64,000 nucleotides of DNA from Actinomycetota bacterium (GTDB lineage Bacteria > Actinomycetota > Humimicrobiia > JAHJRV01). Location of the stretch: contig JAHJRV010000094.1 in NCBI GenBank assembly GCA_018830725.1, forward strand, positions 30,628 to 94,627, in the 5' to 3' direction. This document shows positions 1 through 8,554 of the stretch, in pieces (position 1 is the stretch's first letter; every line of letters begins with the position of its first letter). The translations under genes were made by a program, and so were the position numbers. The notes beneath the pieces were generated by a model. It made no database searches. It had not been told where the DNA came from and saw nothing but the letters and a program-made list of their open reading frames with translations.

Positions 1-89
1 CTAACTTTAAAAATTTAATTTTAAAAAGCTGAATGTTAAAAGAAACAGTTAGTTCTTTTTGGAGTTTTTTCAAAAACTTTTTGTAACTA

Positions 90-323
90 TTATTCGGTAA
101 CTTCCCGCTTAACATCAAAAGATATTTGAACTTTTACTCTATATTCAATAATTTTTCCCTCTTCAACCTTTGCCCAGGAATTTATCACATCTACTCTGTC
201 AATACCCCTGATTGTATGTGATGCATCTGTAATTGCATTTCTCGCAGCGTCACTCCAACTTCTAAAAGAGGAGCCTTCAAGTGTAATAAATTTTTTTACT
301 GCCATTTTCATACCTCCTTGCAT
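90..323 (-). CDS. dodecin-family small flavin-binding protein (likely starts at internal MKMAVKK)
   Basis: 77-aa ORF. Pattern YRV..V.ISFDVKRE/GxIxxV is similar to dodecin (about 68 aa). The call rests on remembered similarity only. Confidence 0.45.
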   Translation of the reverse strand: MQGGMKMAVKKFITLEGSSFRSWSDAARNAITDASHTIRGIDRVDVINSWAKVEEGKIIEYRVKVQISFDVKREVTE

Positions 324-922
324 ATTAAAATGATTAAGTTATTTAAAGATATTTTTACATAATTATTAATTTTATTTAAATATAATTATTATTAAATATT
401 TAAAAAAAAGCAATTTTTATTAATTAAAAATAATAAAATAATTTAGTTTAATATTGACCTTAAAATAAAAATCTTATAAAATTCCAAATAAGCTTATATA
501 TAACAGAAAAATATTTTAAAAATAAAAACAAAAAACAGATAAAATAATTATTAAAAATTTACTTGTATTACAGAAATATTTTTTTATTATTCTTTATTAT
601 TTGTGTATAATATTAATTAAACTAAGATAAAATTCATGTTGAACTATAATTTAAATTGTTCTTTATTAATTTAAAAACAAAAATCTCGTATTAAGCAACA
701 AATTCAAATACATATTCGTCAAAAACTAAAATATGAACTCAAATATTGAGCAGGAATCTACTAAAGTAAGATTATCAAAATCAATATAATACTCAATAAT
801 AAAATAATTAATAATCTACTAAAGAAAGGAGGATCTATAGAGAATTAACTCTTTATTTGAAAGAGTAATCTTTCAAATCACCTCTTGTATAAATATTTTA
901 TTAATGTTAGGAGGTTATTTTT

Positions 923-2617
923 ATGCAAGAAGAAAAAAAGTTATTTACTAGAAAAGCTACAGGATTGGTACGAGAAATAGGAGTTGGAACTGCAGTTATT
1001 ATAGCTATTGCTAATGTTGTTGGACTTGGATGGCAGAAAAGAGTATTTCAAGCAACAGGTTGGACTCCAGTCGGTGAGAGTAAATTTCTTTTTGGAATTC
1101 ATCCAGTTGTAATGGCTTTTGCTCTTGCTGGATTAATTATTTTGGTATCATTGTACTGTTTTTCAATGTTATCAGCTGCTATGCCAAGATCAGGTGGTGG
1201 ATACATATTCATTTCCAGAATTCTAAATCCTGCTTTAGGATTTGTAGCCACATGGCTTCAGTTCTTTGCTGTTGCTGTTTCTTATGGATTAATAGCTGTT
1301 GCAGTAATGGAAGCAGTCTGGATCTTTGGTGGACTCGCTGGTATTTCACTTCCAGGTTGGCTTACTAGCCCTGTTGGTTTGTTTCTATCAGGTGTAGTAA
1401 TACTTATAATCTTTAGTGGTATTGCATTCTATGGAATAAAGATGACAGGAAAATTGCTTCAATGGTTATTCTGGATCCCAGCAGCAGTACTGGTAATTGT
1501 GTATATACTATTTATTGTAGCAAATCCTCAAACTATGGAGGCAGGTGTTCAAAATCTATTTGGTTCAAGTGCAGCTGAGTATACACAAGCAGCTATTGAC
1601 CAGGGAATGGCAGATGTAGCAGCAGGAAATACTTATTGGAAAGCGGTTGGAAGTGCAATGTTAGCGGCTTATTGGGCTTATATTGGTTATGCCGCTGCCT
1701 CATTTATAGCTGGTGAAGTAAAGGAAGCACACAAAGCTCTACCAAGAGCTATGTTCACATCTGGATTAGTAATCATTGGTATATACATGACCATTTCAAC
1801 TCTTATGGCAAGAGCTGCAATGATGGCTGGAAAGGTTGGAGATTTCTCATTGATGTCAGCTATTGGATTTCTTAATTTTGGAGGAGGAGATTTTGCAGCT
1901 GCTGGATTAGAAAAAATTGGCGGATGGATGCCAGTTGTTGCTGCAATTTCAGCTTCTGGATTTGGACTTCCAAGAGCATTCATGTTCCTATTGGTATTAT
2001 TTGCTGCTTTATGGGTTGCTAATGATATTCCACCATTTATCTTGACTTCTTCAAGAATGATATTTGCTATGGCTTTTGATAGAGTTCTACCTGATAAATT
2101 AGCAAAAGTTAATGAGAAATGGCATTCACCAGTAAACGCTATAATCTTTGTTTCACTTGTTTCTTTGTTTGGTTGTGCTGCTGAGGCTGACTTTTTTGGA
2201 GAAAAGGGGTTGTATTTAGGCAAATTCATTCACAGTATTATAAATCCAGGTGGAGCTATTGCAGCAACTGACTTATGGGATACAATATTCTTCTTAGTTG
2301 TGTGCATTGCAGCATTCATGTTCCCCATAAGAAAGCCCGATATATTTGAGAGGTCACCATTCAGAGCAAGTAAAACAGTTACACAAATAATTGCAGGACT
2401 GGCAATAATAGGAAATCTTATTGCGTTCTGGATATTCGCTACTGATCCTCATGGATGGAACCTTTTTGGAATTAAGAATCTGGCTTCTGCAATGCCATTC
2501 TTATTCTCTATTTTCCTAATTCTTTTGGGCTTGGGAATTTATCTTTACTACAGTAATAAAGCCAAGGCAACAGGTGTTGATCTAACCACAATATTTACAG
2601 AAATTCCTCCAGACTAA
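923..2617 (+). CDS. APC-superfamily amino acid/polyamine permease (polytopic membrane transporter)
   Basis: 564 aa with 12 or more hydrophobic helices and an APC-like N-terminal region. A strong RBS (aggagg) sits 8 nt upstream of the ATG. Confidence 0.7.
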   Translation: MQEEKKLFTRKATGLVREIGVGTAVIIAIANVVGLGWQKRVFQATGWTPVGESKFLFGIHPVVMAFALAGLIILVSLYCFSMLSAAMPRSGGGYIFISRILNPALGFVATWLQFFAVAVSYGLIAVAVMEAVWIFGGLAGISLPGWLTSPVGLFLSGVVILIIFSGIAFYGIKMTGKLLQWLFWIPAAVLVIVYILFIVANPQTMEAGVQNLFGSSAAEYTQAAIDQGMADVAAGNTYWKAVGSAMLAAYWAYIGYAAASFIAGEVKEAHKALPRAMFTSGLVIIGIYMTISTLMARAAMMAGKVGDFSLMSAIGFLNFGGGDFAAAGLEKIGGWMPVVAAISASGFGLPRAFMFLLVLFAALWVANDIPPFILTSSRMIFAMAFDRVLPDKLAKVNEKWHSPVNAIIFVSLVSLFGCAAEADFFGEKGLYLGKFIHSIINPGGAIAATDLWDTIFFLVVCIAAFMFPIRKPDIFERSPFRASKTVTQIIAGLAIIGNLIAFWIFATDPHGWNLFGIKNLASAMPFLFSIFLILLGLGIYLYYSNKAKATGVDLTTIFTEIPPD

Positions 2618-2662
2618 AATTTCTGGATTTTGTTAATGTAGTATTGCCATAGATTGATATAT

Positions 2663-2697
2663 CAGCTCCTGCTCTAAGTAGGAGCTGATTATCATTT
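2663..2697 (+). terminator. intrinsic terminator after the transporter gene
   Basis: cagctcct-gctctaagt-aggagctg forms an 8-bp GC-rich stem. It is followed by attatcattt, about 45 nt after the stop. Confidence 0.45.
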
Positions 2698-2709
2698 AAC
2701 TCCATAGCC

Positions 2710-2802
2710 AAGAAGTCCCTTTGCGATAACTGGGGGATGAAAGGCATTATTAATAGAAGATAGATACTCACAGGAAGCCCTCTGCGTTAGCTGAGGGTAG
2801 TT
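2710..2802 (+). other. pair of paralogous about 31-nt hairpin elements (GGAAGyCCCTyTGCGnTArCTGrGGG) spaced about 62 nt apart
   Basis: Unit A is at 2710-2740 and unit B at 2772-2802. Each is a CCCT(C)/(G)AGGG stem with a TGCGNTARCTG loop. The units are GC-rich in an AT-rich intergenic region. Confidence 0.3.
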
Positions 2803-2908
2803 TACATATTATAATAAATAGATAAATAGGAATAAAATAACATATTTAATATATAAAGTAAGGTCGTGTTAAACAGTTTTCTCTCGTTATACTCAGGACA
2901 AGATCTAA

Positions 2909-3439
2909 ATGAAGCGAAGGAACTACAAAAAAAATGGAAAATATATGAAAAGAGTAATTGATTTGAGAGACTTTATAGATAAAATAGAAAATCAATTGAT
3001 TAAAGGAAGGGGGAAGTGGATTGCTGAGTTCAATGAATCATTTATAAACTATCCACTTGATAATTTTGTTTTTCCATTAGTTGTTAGAGGGCAAACAAGA
3101 AGTAAAGGATTTTTACTCTCGAGATTATTTGCTTACTTGGCCATGCCAAACTATTTGGTGTCATGTTTTGTATATCCTTCAGAAATAAATTCATATATTA
3201 AAAAAGAGAAACTAGAAATATTACTTAGAGAAATATCCAAAATGATGAAGAAGAACAATGTAAAATGGTCCTGGCTTATCATCCCAAAAGAGGGTGAATT
3301 TAATCAAAGAATAATAAAGTGGGTTGAAAAAAATGACCTTTCTAATATTGGTATTGCTTTAGTAGACTTAAATACTAAAAATATTTTAACTAATAATTCA
3401 GTTATAGGAAGAAAAATTAAAACTATTTTAAAATTTTAG
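2909..3439 (+). CDS. hypothetical protein (basic N-terminus; start may be the internal MKRVIDL)
   Basis: 176-aa ORF with no recognisable motif. Confidence 0.35.
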   Translation: MKRRNYKKNGKYMKRVIDLRDFIDKIENQLIKGRGKWIAEFNESFINYPLDNFVFPLVVRGQTRSKGFLLSRLFAYLAMPNYLVSCFVYPSEINSYIKKEKLEILLREISKMMKKNNVKWSWLIIPKEGEFNQRIIKWVEKNDLSNIGIALVDLNTKNILTNNSVIGRKIKTILKF

Positions 3440-3527
3440 CGATTATTTATAATATATCCTTTTAAACATATTGTACAAAAAAAATTAAAAACTTCTTATA
3501 AAGAAATAAAACTATTTCGAAATTCTA

Positions 3528-3959
3528 ATGAAGAAAATATCAAAAATAAATTTTGGAGATTTAGGAAAATCATTCTCTATCTTTTTTATTCTTATAGTGA
3601 CATTACGAATTATTACAAATTTCTTATTCACAAAGATTATAATTGTAGAGTGGTGGATTTTAACAATAGAGCTAATTTTAGCTGCTATTGTGTCCTATTT
3701 GTATTATAGACTTAAATATCATCCCACCTTTAGTTATGACAAAGAAAGTTTTATTTTAGAAATTGGTAAGGAAAAAATATCCTCAAAATGGAAAGATTTT
3801 AAATTTATCTCTTTGTATTATAGTGGTTTAGGAAAAACTTCTTTAAGATTATATATAAATGATATCTATAAAGATGATTATATTGAAATCTCAGTCTCTG
3901 ATTTAAGACTTAATCCAAAAGATTTTAGAAGTGAAGTTTCAAAATTAATTTCAAACTAA
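3528..3959 (+). CDS. hypothetical membrane protein (2 TM helices plus a possible bacterial PH-like domain)
   Basis: 143 aa. Two hydrophobic helices are followed by a soluble tail, an architecture like DUF304/bPH_2 proteins. Confidence 0.35.
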   Translation: MKKISKINFGDLGKSFSIFFILIVTLRIITNFLFTKIIIVEWWILTIELILAAIVSYLYYRLKYHPTFSYDKESFILEIGKEKISSKWKDFKFISLYYSGLGKTSLRLYINDIYKDDYIEISVSDLRLNPKDFRSEVSKLISN

Positions 3960-3960
3960 A

Positions 3961-4908
3961 TTAACCTTCTACTCTCTGAAGTCTAAGTATTTTACCACCT
4001 TCAATTTCTACTAGATAACCTTTAAATATACCCTCTCCATATTCACTCCCTGGATTGAAACATACAGTTTTACCAATTTTTATATATCCTGGGCTTTCAT
4101 GAATGTGTCCATGAAGTCCTACTAATGGTTGGTATTTTTTAATAATTTTTCTAACAGTATGACTTCCTACTGGTATCTCGCGAGGTTTACCACCTACAAT
4201 TATTATATTTAAATCTTTATCTACCATTGGTGCATAATCAAGATAAGAATCATATGGTGGGCAGTGGATGCAAAATACAGCAGTCTTTATATTCTTAACT
4301 TTAGCTACTACTTTCTCCAATTTCTCCTCCATCTCTTCCTCTGAGCATTCTCTTGGAGAATCAAATGGGGTGGGATTTGTCCAGCCAAAACATAGAACCT
4401 CATGTTCCCCATCTAAATCAACAACTTCTTCCTCACCAAATGTTATTCTTGGATCTTTCTTGATTACTTCATCAATAGCAAACTTATCATCATTTCCAGG
4501 ACTTATAATAACTTTGCACTTATCAGGTACTCTATCTGATACTAATGTAAGCCAGTGTTCAACAATATCACATTCTAATTTCTCAAATAGATTTTCCCTG
4601 TATTCTTCATCGTTCCCTATCCTGATACTTTCTTCACTTGTAGTTCTATATGGAAGATAAGAAGTCATTCTTACTTTTTTTTCGTATTCAGGTAATTCCT
4701 CTTCTGATAAAACATACTCTCTTCCTAAAAGATGTGAGGTATATTTCCCATGATCCCTTTTCATTATTGGTACCATTATTTTACCAGTCATATCTCCACT
4801 AAGTATTAAAGCATCCAGGTCATAAATCTTTGCTGTATTCAGAAACTTTCTCCAAACAGTTTCTGAACCATGTAAGTCTGTTGCAAACATAAATTTAGTT
4901 CTTGCCAT
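3961..4908 (-). CDS. calcineurin-like metallophosphoesterase
   Basis: Motifs DLHG (DxH), SGDMTGK (GD), PGNDD (GNH[DE]-like), IHCPPY and GLHGHIHE (GHxH) in canonical order. Confidence 0.75.
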   Translation of the reverse strand: MARTKFMFATDLHGSETVWRKFLNTAKIYDLDALILSGDMTGKIMVPIMKRDHGKYTSHLLGREYVLSEEELPEYEKKVRMTSYLPYRTTSEESIRIGNDEEYRENLFEKLECDIVEHWLTLVSDRVPDKCKVIISPGNDDKFAIDEVIKKDPRITFGEEEVVDLDGEHEVLCFGWTNPTPFDSPRECSEEEMEEKLEKVVAKVKNIKTAVFCIHCPPYDSYLDYAPMVDKDLNIIIVGGKPREIPVGSHTVRKIIKKYQPLVGLHGHIHESPGYIKIGKTVCFNPGSEYGEGIFKGYLVEIEGGKILRLQRVEG

Positions 4909-4910
4909 TT

Positions 4911-5681
4911 TTAACCCCTCCCTACTTCCTCAACTTCTTTATACCATTTTTTCTTTGTACCAACCTTAGACCTTATTTTCCATTTCAAGCTTTTAGGTTC
5001 ATCTTCTATTCTTTCAAGTATTTTATCAATTCTATCTGTAACTATTTTGCTATTTTCATCCGTCAAAGATTCGAATTCACCCAGAAAATTTTTAACTTTT
5101 TTAAGGTTAGTTGTCACTGTATAATAATATCCCCAATCTTTTGCCAGAAGCTTAGATATATAGTTCATGTTTATTGTTTCTTCTTCCTTATCCCCAACAT
5201 CGTGCTCAAGTAACATTATACTAGTATCTTTGATATCCTTTGGATTTATCTCTACTATCTGCATCTTTTCTAATAATATATCAGTTAAAGTGATAGTAGG
5301 GTCATCTAATTCCAATCTGTTTCTAAAATCAACCTTGTGACACATATCTAACTCATCAAAAAAGATATCTACTTGCCATTTTTTCTCATCACTCCAGTAG
5401 ATTTGTCTTTTTTTACCATACAATGCAAAAAATATCGGGCTTATTGGTTCATAACCTAAATCCTTAAAAAATTTTTTCATTCCTTCTCTAAATTTTCCAT
5501 ATGTCATTAAGTCTATATCTGTAAGTGGTCTCTTCATTTCATCATATAGATACCTATATTTTGGACTATGATTTTTTACTGCAATTGAACCCAATAATCT
5601 AAAAATTATCCCTTTTTCTTTGCCTTTTTCAATTATTTTAAATGCTTCTTCAACAAAAGCTTTATCTCTTTCAGGATCCAT
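4911..5681 (-). CDS. nucleotidyltransferase-fold (pol-beta-like) protein, translationally coupled to the metallophosphoesterase
   Basis: LLGSIAV...TDIDLM gives a GS...DxD pattern, and VDIFFDE supplies a third acidic residue. The GS-D spacing is longer than canonical, so the call is tentative. The stop lies 3 nt before the downstream gene start. Confidence 0.4.
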   Translation of the reverse strand: MDPERDKAFVEEAFKIIEKGKEKGIIFRLLGSIAVKNHSPKYRYLYDEMKRPLTDIDLMTYGKFREGMKKFFKDLGYEPISPIFFALYGKKRQIYWSDEKKWQVDIFFDELDMCHKVDFRNRLELDDPTITLTDILLEKMQIVEINPKDIKDTSIMLLEHDVGDKEEETINMNYISKLLAKDWGYYYTVTTNLKKVKNFLGEFESLTDENSKIVTDRIDKILERIEDEPKSLKWKIRSKVGTKKKWYKEVEEVGRG

Positions 5682-5878
5682 AACTCCTCCTATTTTAATT
5701 AATTATCGATAAAATAAATTATATATAATTTATTTTATTTTATTAATTAATTTATTAATTATATCAGTAAAATTTAAAGAATCAATATATTGTATTATCT
5801 TTTGTCACAATTACAAAATGTTAAAAATAATAAATTTAAATGAGATTGCACAGCCTGTTCCGAGCAAGCTCCTGGTTG

Positions 5879-6520
5879 TCATTCAGAAGAGCTTTCCTTT
5901 AATATCTTTTCTAAAGCTCTTACTTGCTTATCTGATAGAATTTTAGGTTCACCTACCTGAAGAGCTTTATGATAAATTTTTGCTGATTCTTCTACTAATA
6001 TCGCAATTAAAACTGCATTCGATAATGAAGAGCCTATTGTTAAAACTCCATGACTTTCTAAAAGAACTGCTGATCTATTAGAAAGTTTTTTAAGTGATTT
6101 TTTTGCCAATTCTTCTGAACCAGGAAGTGCAAAATCAACAACTGGAATATCTCCTCCTACTGAAAAGAATGTCTCAATATGTATAAGAGGAATACTCTTT
6201 TTAAGTACAGCAAAGCATGCAGCATATGGAGAATGCGTATGAGCAATTCCAAAGATATCCTCCCTATTTTTATAAATTTTTAAATGAATGGGAGTCTCAT
6301 ATGATGGTTTATTTTTACCCTCAATCTTATTTCCATTTATATCTAAAACTACAATATCCTGTAGATTTAAAAATTCCCTGAGTACTCCATGAGGAGTAAC
6401 AAAAATATATCCTGTTTCTCTATCCCTTAAACTAAAATTACCAGTTGTTGGGACAACCAAACCTAATTTCTCAGCTTTTTGAGCCCAGAAAATAACCTCA
6501 TTTTTATAATCTTCATACAT
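5879..6520 (-). CDS. class II aldolase/adducin-family protein (FucA/AraD/MtnB-like)
   Basis: Motifs GNFSLR, PSYETPIH and HTHSPY. Confidence 0.7.
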   Translation of the reverse strand: MYEDYKNEVIFWAQKAEKLGLVVPTTGNFSLRDRETGYIFVTPHGVLREFLNLQDIVVLDINGNKIEGKNKPSYETPIHLKIYKNREDIFGIAHTHSPYAACFAVLKKSIPLIHIETFFSVGGDIPVVDFALPGSEELAKKSLKKLSNRSAVLLESHGVLTIGSSLSNAVLIAILVEESAKIYHKALQVGEPKILSDKQVRALEKILKESSSE

Positions 6521-6637
6521 ATTTATTCTAAGTTATCCTTTCTATATTTAATAGAAAATTTATTTATTAAATAATTTTTCTATCGAATATTTAACAAAAA
6601 TTTTTTTAATGTTTATTAAAAAGTTTCATTATAAAAG

Positions 6638-6725
6638 TGGTGTCGGAGGGGGGACTTGAACCCCCACGAGCTACTCACTCACAAGGTCCTCAACCTTGAG
6701 CGTCTACCAATTCCGCCACTCCGAC
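6638..6725 (-). tRNA. tRNA-Leu (anticodon GAG), type II with long variable arm, CCA encoded
   Basis: Cloverleaf read by hand. Acceptor GTCGGAG/CTCCGAC, anticodon arm CAAGG-TTGAGGA-CCTTG, T-arm GGGGG-TTCAAGT-CCCCC, 3' ACCA. Confidence 0.85.
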
Positions 6726-6760
6726 ACAAATTAATTATATCAAAATAATTTTGTATTGAT

Positions 6761-8554
6761 TTATTTTTCAATCCAGACTGTGTAAAAATATGGACCTGTA
6801 AAAGGATTGGATTGATAACCTTTCACCCATGGTCTAATTAAAATATTTCTTGAGCCATAATATAATGGAATTATTGGGAACTCACCTGGATACTTATCTT
6901 CATCACTTTTATCACCAAAAGCAATTTTTGAAGCTTTTTTATATAATTCGACCTGTTTGTCCAAATCACTAAATATCACAGCATTTGTTACCAATTCATC
7001 AAATTCATCATTTTTCCACCCAGTATAATTGTTAGGTGATCTACTATGCAATTCTGTAAATAACCAATTACTTACATGAGGATAATCAGGTATCTTTTCC
7101 ATTAGATACATATCAATAACTATAGTACTTCCATATATGTCATGGATTGTATCAAAATATGTTTCAGAATCCATTTCAATTAAATCAACTTCTAAATTTA
7201 AATTTTTAGATAACATACTCTTTATAGATTTAACTAATATCTCATTCTCCTCTGACTCCTCATAAACAAATTTTAAAGGTCTAATCCCTTTATTATTTGA
7301 GCTTTCATCAGCTGGTTGAAGAGCTTCAACAAGAATTTTTTTTGCTTTCTCAACATCAAAATCAATTCCTATTGTTTCATCATGTCCTAAAACTTGAGGT
7401 GGGATAAATTGATTTGCTACTGTCTGATTTTTCCAAAATATATTATTTTTCAATTCATTCTTATTTATAGCTAATGCTATTGCTTTTCTAATTAGTGGAT
7501 TATTACCTGGTTCATGCTTAGTATTAAAACCTAAGTAATAAGTTGAAAGTCTTGGTTCAGTTAATAACTGACTTTTAATTAAAGGGGTAGAAATAATTTC
7601 CTCCAACTTATCGGATGGAATTCCAGATTGCCATCCCCAAGTTCCATCTATCTTCCCCTCCTCATAAACAGATAATTCTGTATATTTATCCTTGCTTAAA
7701 AATATATTGATAGTGTTAAGTTTTGGTGAACCTTCAAAATAATTAGGATTTGCTTTCAAAACAATCTTTTCATCAGGTTCCCAATTTTTTAAAATAAAAG
7801 GACCATTTGTTACTAAATTCTTAATATTTGTCCAATTTTCCTTATATTTTTCAACTACAGATTCAGGAACTGGCTTTGTTATCCAGGTAGAGGTTATATA
7901 AGTAAAATAATTAACAGGACCTCTCAATTTAACTTCTAATACATTATCACCTTTAGCCTCGATGCCAAGAGCAGCTGAATCTAATTCACCTTTACGAAAT
8001 TCTTTAGCACCTTCTATATCAAAAAATAGGTAAGCATAGGGAGAGTTAATTTCTGTGGAAAGCGTTCTTTTCCATGAATAAACAAAATCATGTGCTGTAA
8101 TATGATCACCATTAGTCCAATAAGCATCCTCTCTTATTGTAAATGTAATAATAGTTCCATCATCTGAAATTTCCCAATTTTCAGCAATACAGGGTGAAAC
8201 AGACAAATCTGGCTCAAGCTTTGTAAGACCAACAAAAATTTGATTAATTATATTAATAGAAGCTCTGCTATTAGCTAAATTTGGATCAATTGTTATTGGT
8301 TCTTCATTAAAACATAAATTTAGAATTTGCTCAGACTCAAGCTTTAATTCTTCAGATATTTTTGTTGATTCCAAAGGAATTTCTGTAATTTTTTTTTCTT
8401 CCAAATAAATTTTTTTTCTTATTCTCTCTATTTGGTTGCATCCAATAGAAGAAAAACTATAAGTGATTAAAAGTATAGGCATAAATATTATAAAAAATCT
8501 TCTTAAATTATTCATAACTCTTTTGAATATTTTTATTTTAAAGCAATCAATCAT
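6761..8554 (-). CDS. ABC transporter substrate-binding lipoprotein, family 5 (peptide/nickel, OppA/DppA-like)
   Basis: 597 aa with a signal peptide and lipobox (SSIGC). It has the typical SBP_bac_5 length and composition and overlaps the upstream SBP gene by 4 nt. Confidence 0.7.
   Translation of the reverse strand: MIDCFKIKIFKRVMNNLRRFFIIFMPILLITYSFSSIGCNQIERIRKKIYLEEKKITEIPLESTKISEELKLESEQILNLCFNEEPITIDPNLANSRASINIINQIFVGLTKLEPDLSVSPCIAENWEISDDGTIITFTIREDAYWTNGDHITAHDFVYSWKRTLSTEINSPYAYLFFDIEGAKEFRKGELDSAALGIEAKGDNVLEVKLRGPVNYFTYITSTWITKPVPESVVEKYKENWTNIKNLVTNGPFILKNWEPDEKIVLKANPNYFEGSPKLNTINIFLSKDKYTELSVYEEGKIDGTWGWQSGIPSDKLEEIISTPLIKSQLLTEPRLSTYYLGFNTKHEPGNNPLIRKAIALAINKNELKNNIFWKNQTVANQFIPPQVLGHDETIGIDFDVEKAKKILVEALQPADESSNNKGIRPLKFVYEESEENEILVKSIKSMLSKNLNLEVDLIEMDSETYFDTIHDIYGSTIVIDMYLMEKIPDYPHVSNWLFTELHSRSPNNYTGWKNDEFDELVTNAVIFSDLDKQVELYKKASKIAFGDKSDEDKYPGEFPIIPLYYGSRNILIRPWVKGYQSNPFTGPYFYTVWIEK

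Noticed and set aside
324-922. T-box or riboswitch upstream of the transporter
   Set aside because: No T-box consensus (AATTAGGGTGGNACCGCG-like) or other recognisable riboswitch core was seen by eye. It is kept only as a low-interest note.
1687-2229. Antisense and overlapping ORFs inside real genes (also 4268-4660, 4902-5213, 9077-9310, 9471-9656, 14023-14268, 14937-15155, 16672-16962, 18257-18631, 19065-19283, 22465-23127, 23606-23812, 24834-25016, 28009-28194, 29339-30187, 30536-30913, 31434-31640, 32966-33573, 34189-34377, 35489-35686, 44349-44534, 45413-45601, 47468-47650, 48690-49713, 51792-54345 minus-strand ORFs, 57007-58182, 59518-60397, 60922-61173, 61530-61733, 62275-62568)
   Set aside because: These are shadow ORFs in alternative frames of well-supported genes. 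They have low-complexity, Ser/Leu/Phe-rich translations typical of AT-rich antisense frames and no RBS.
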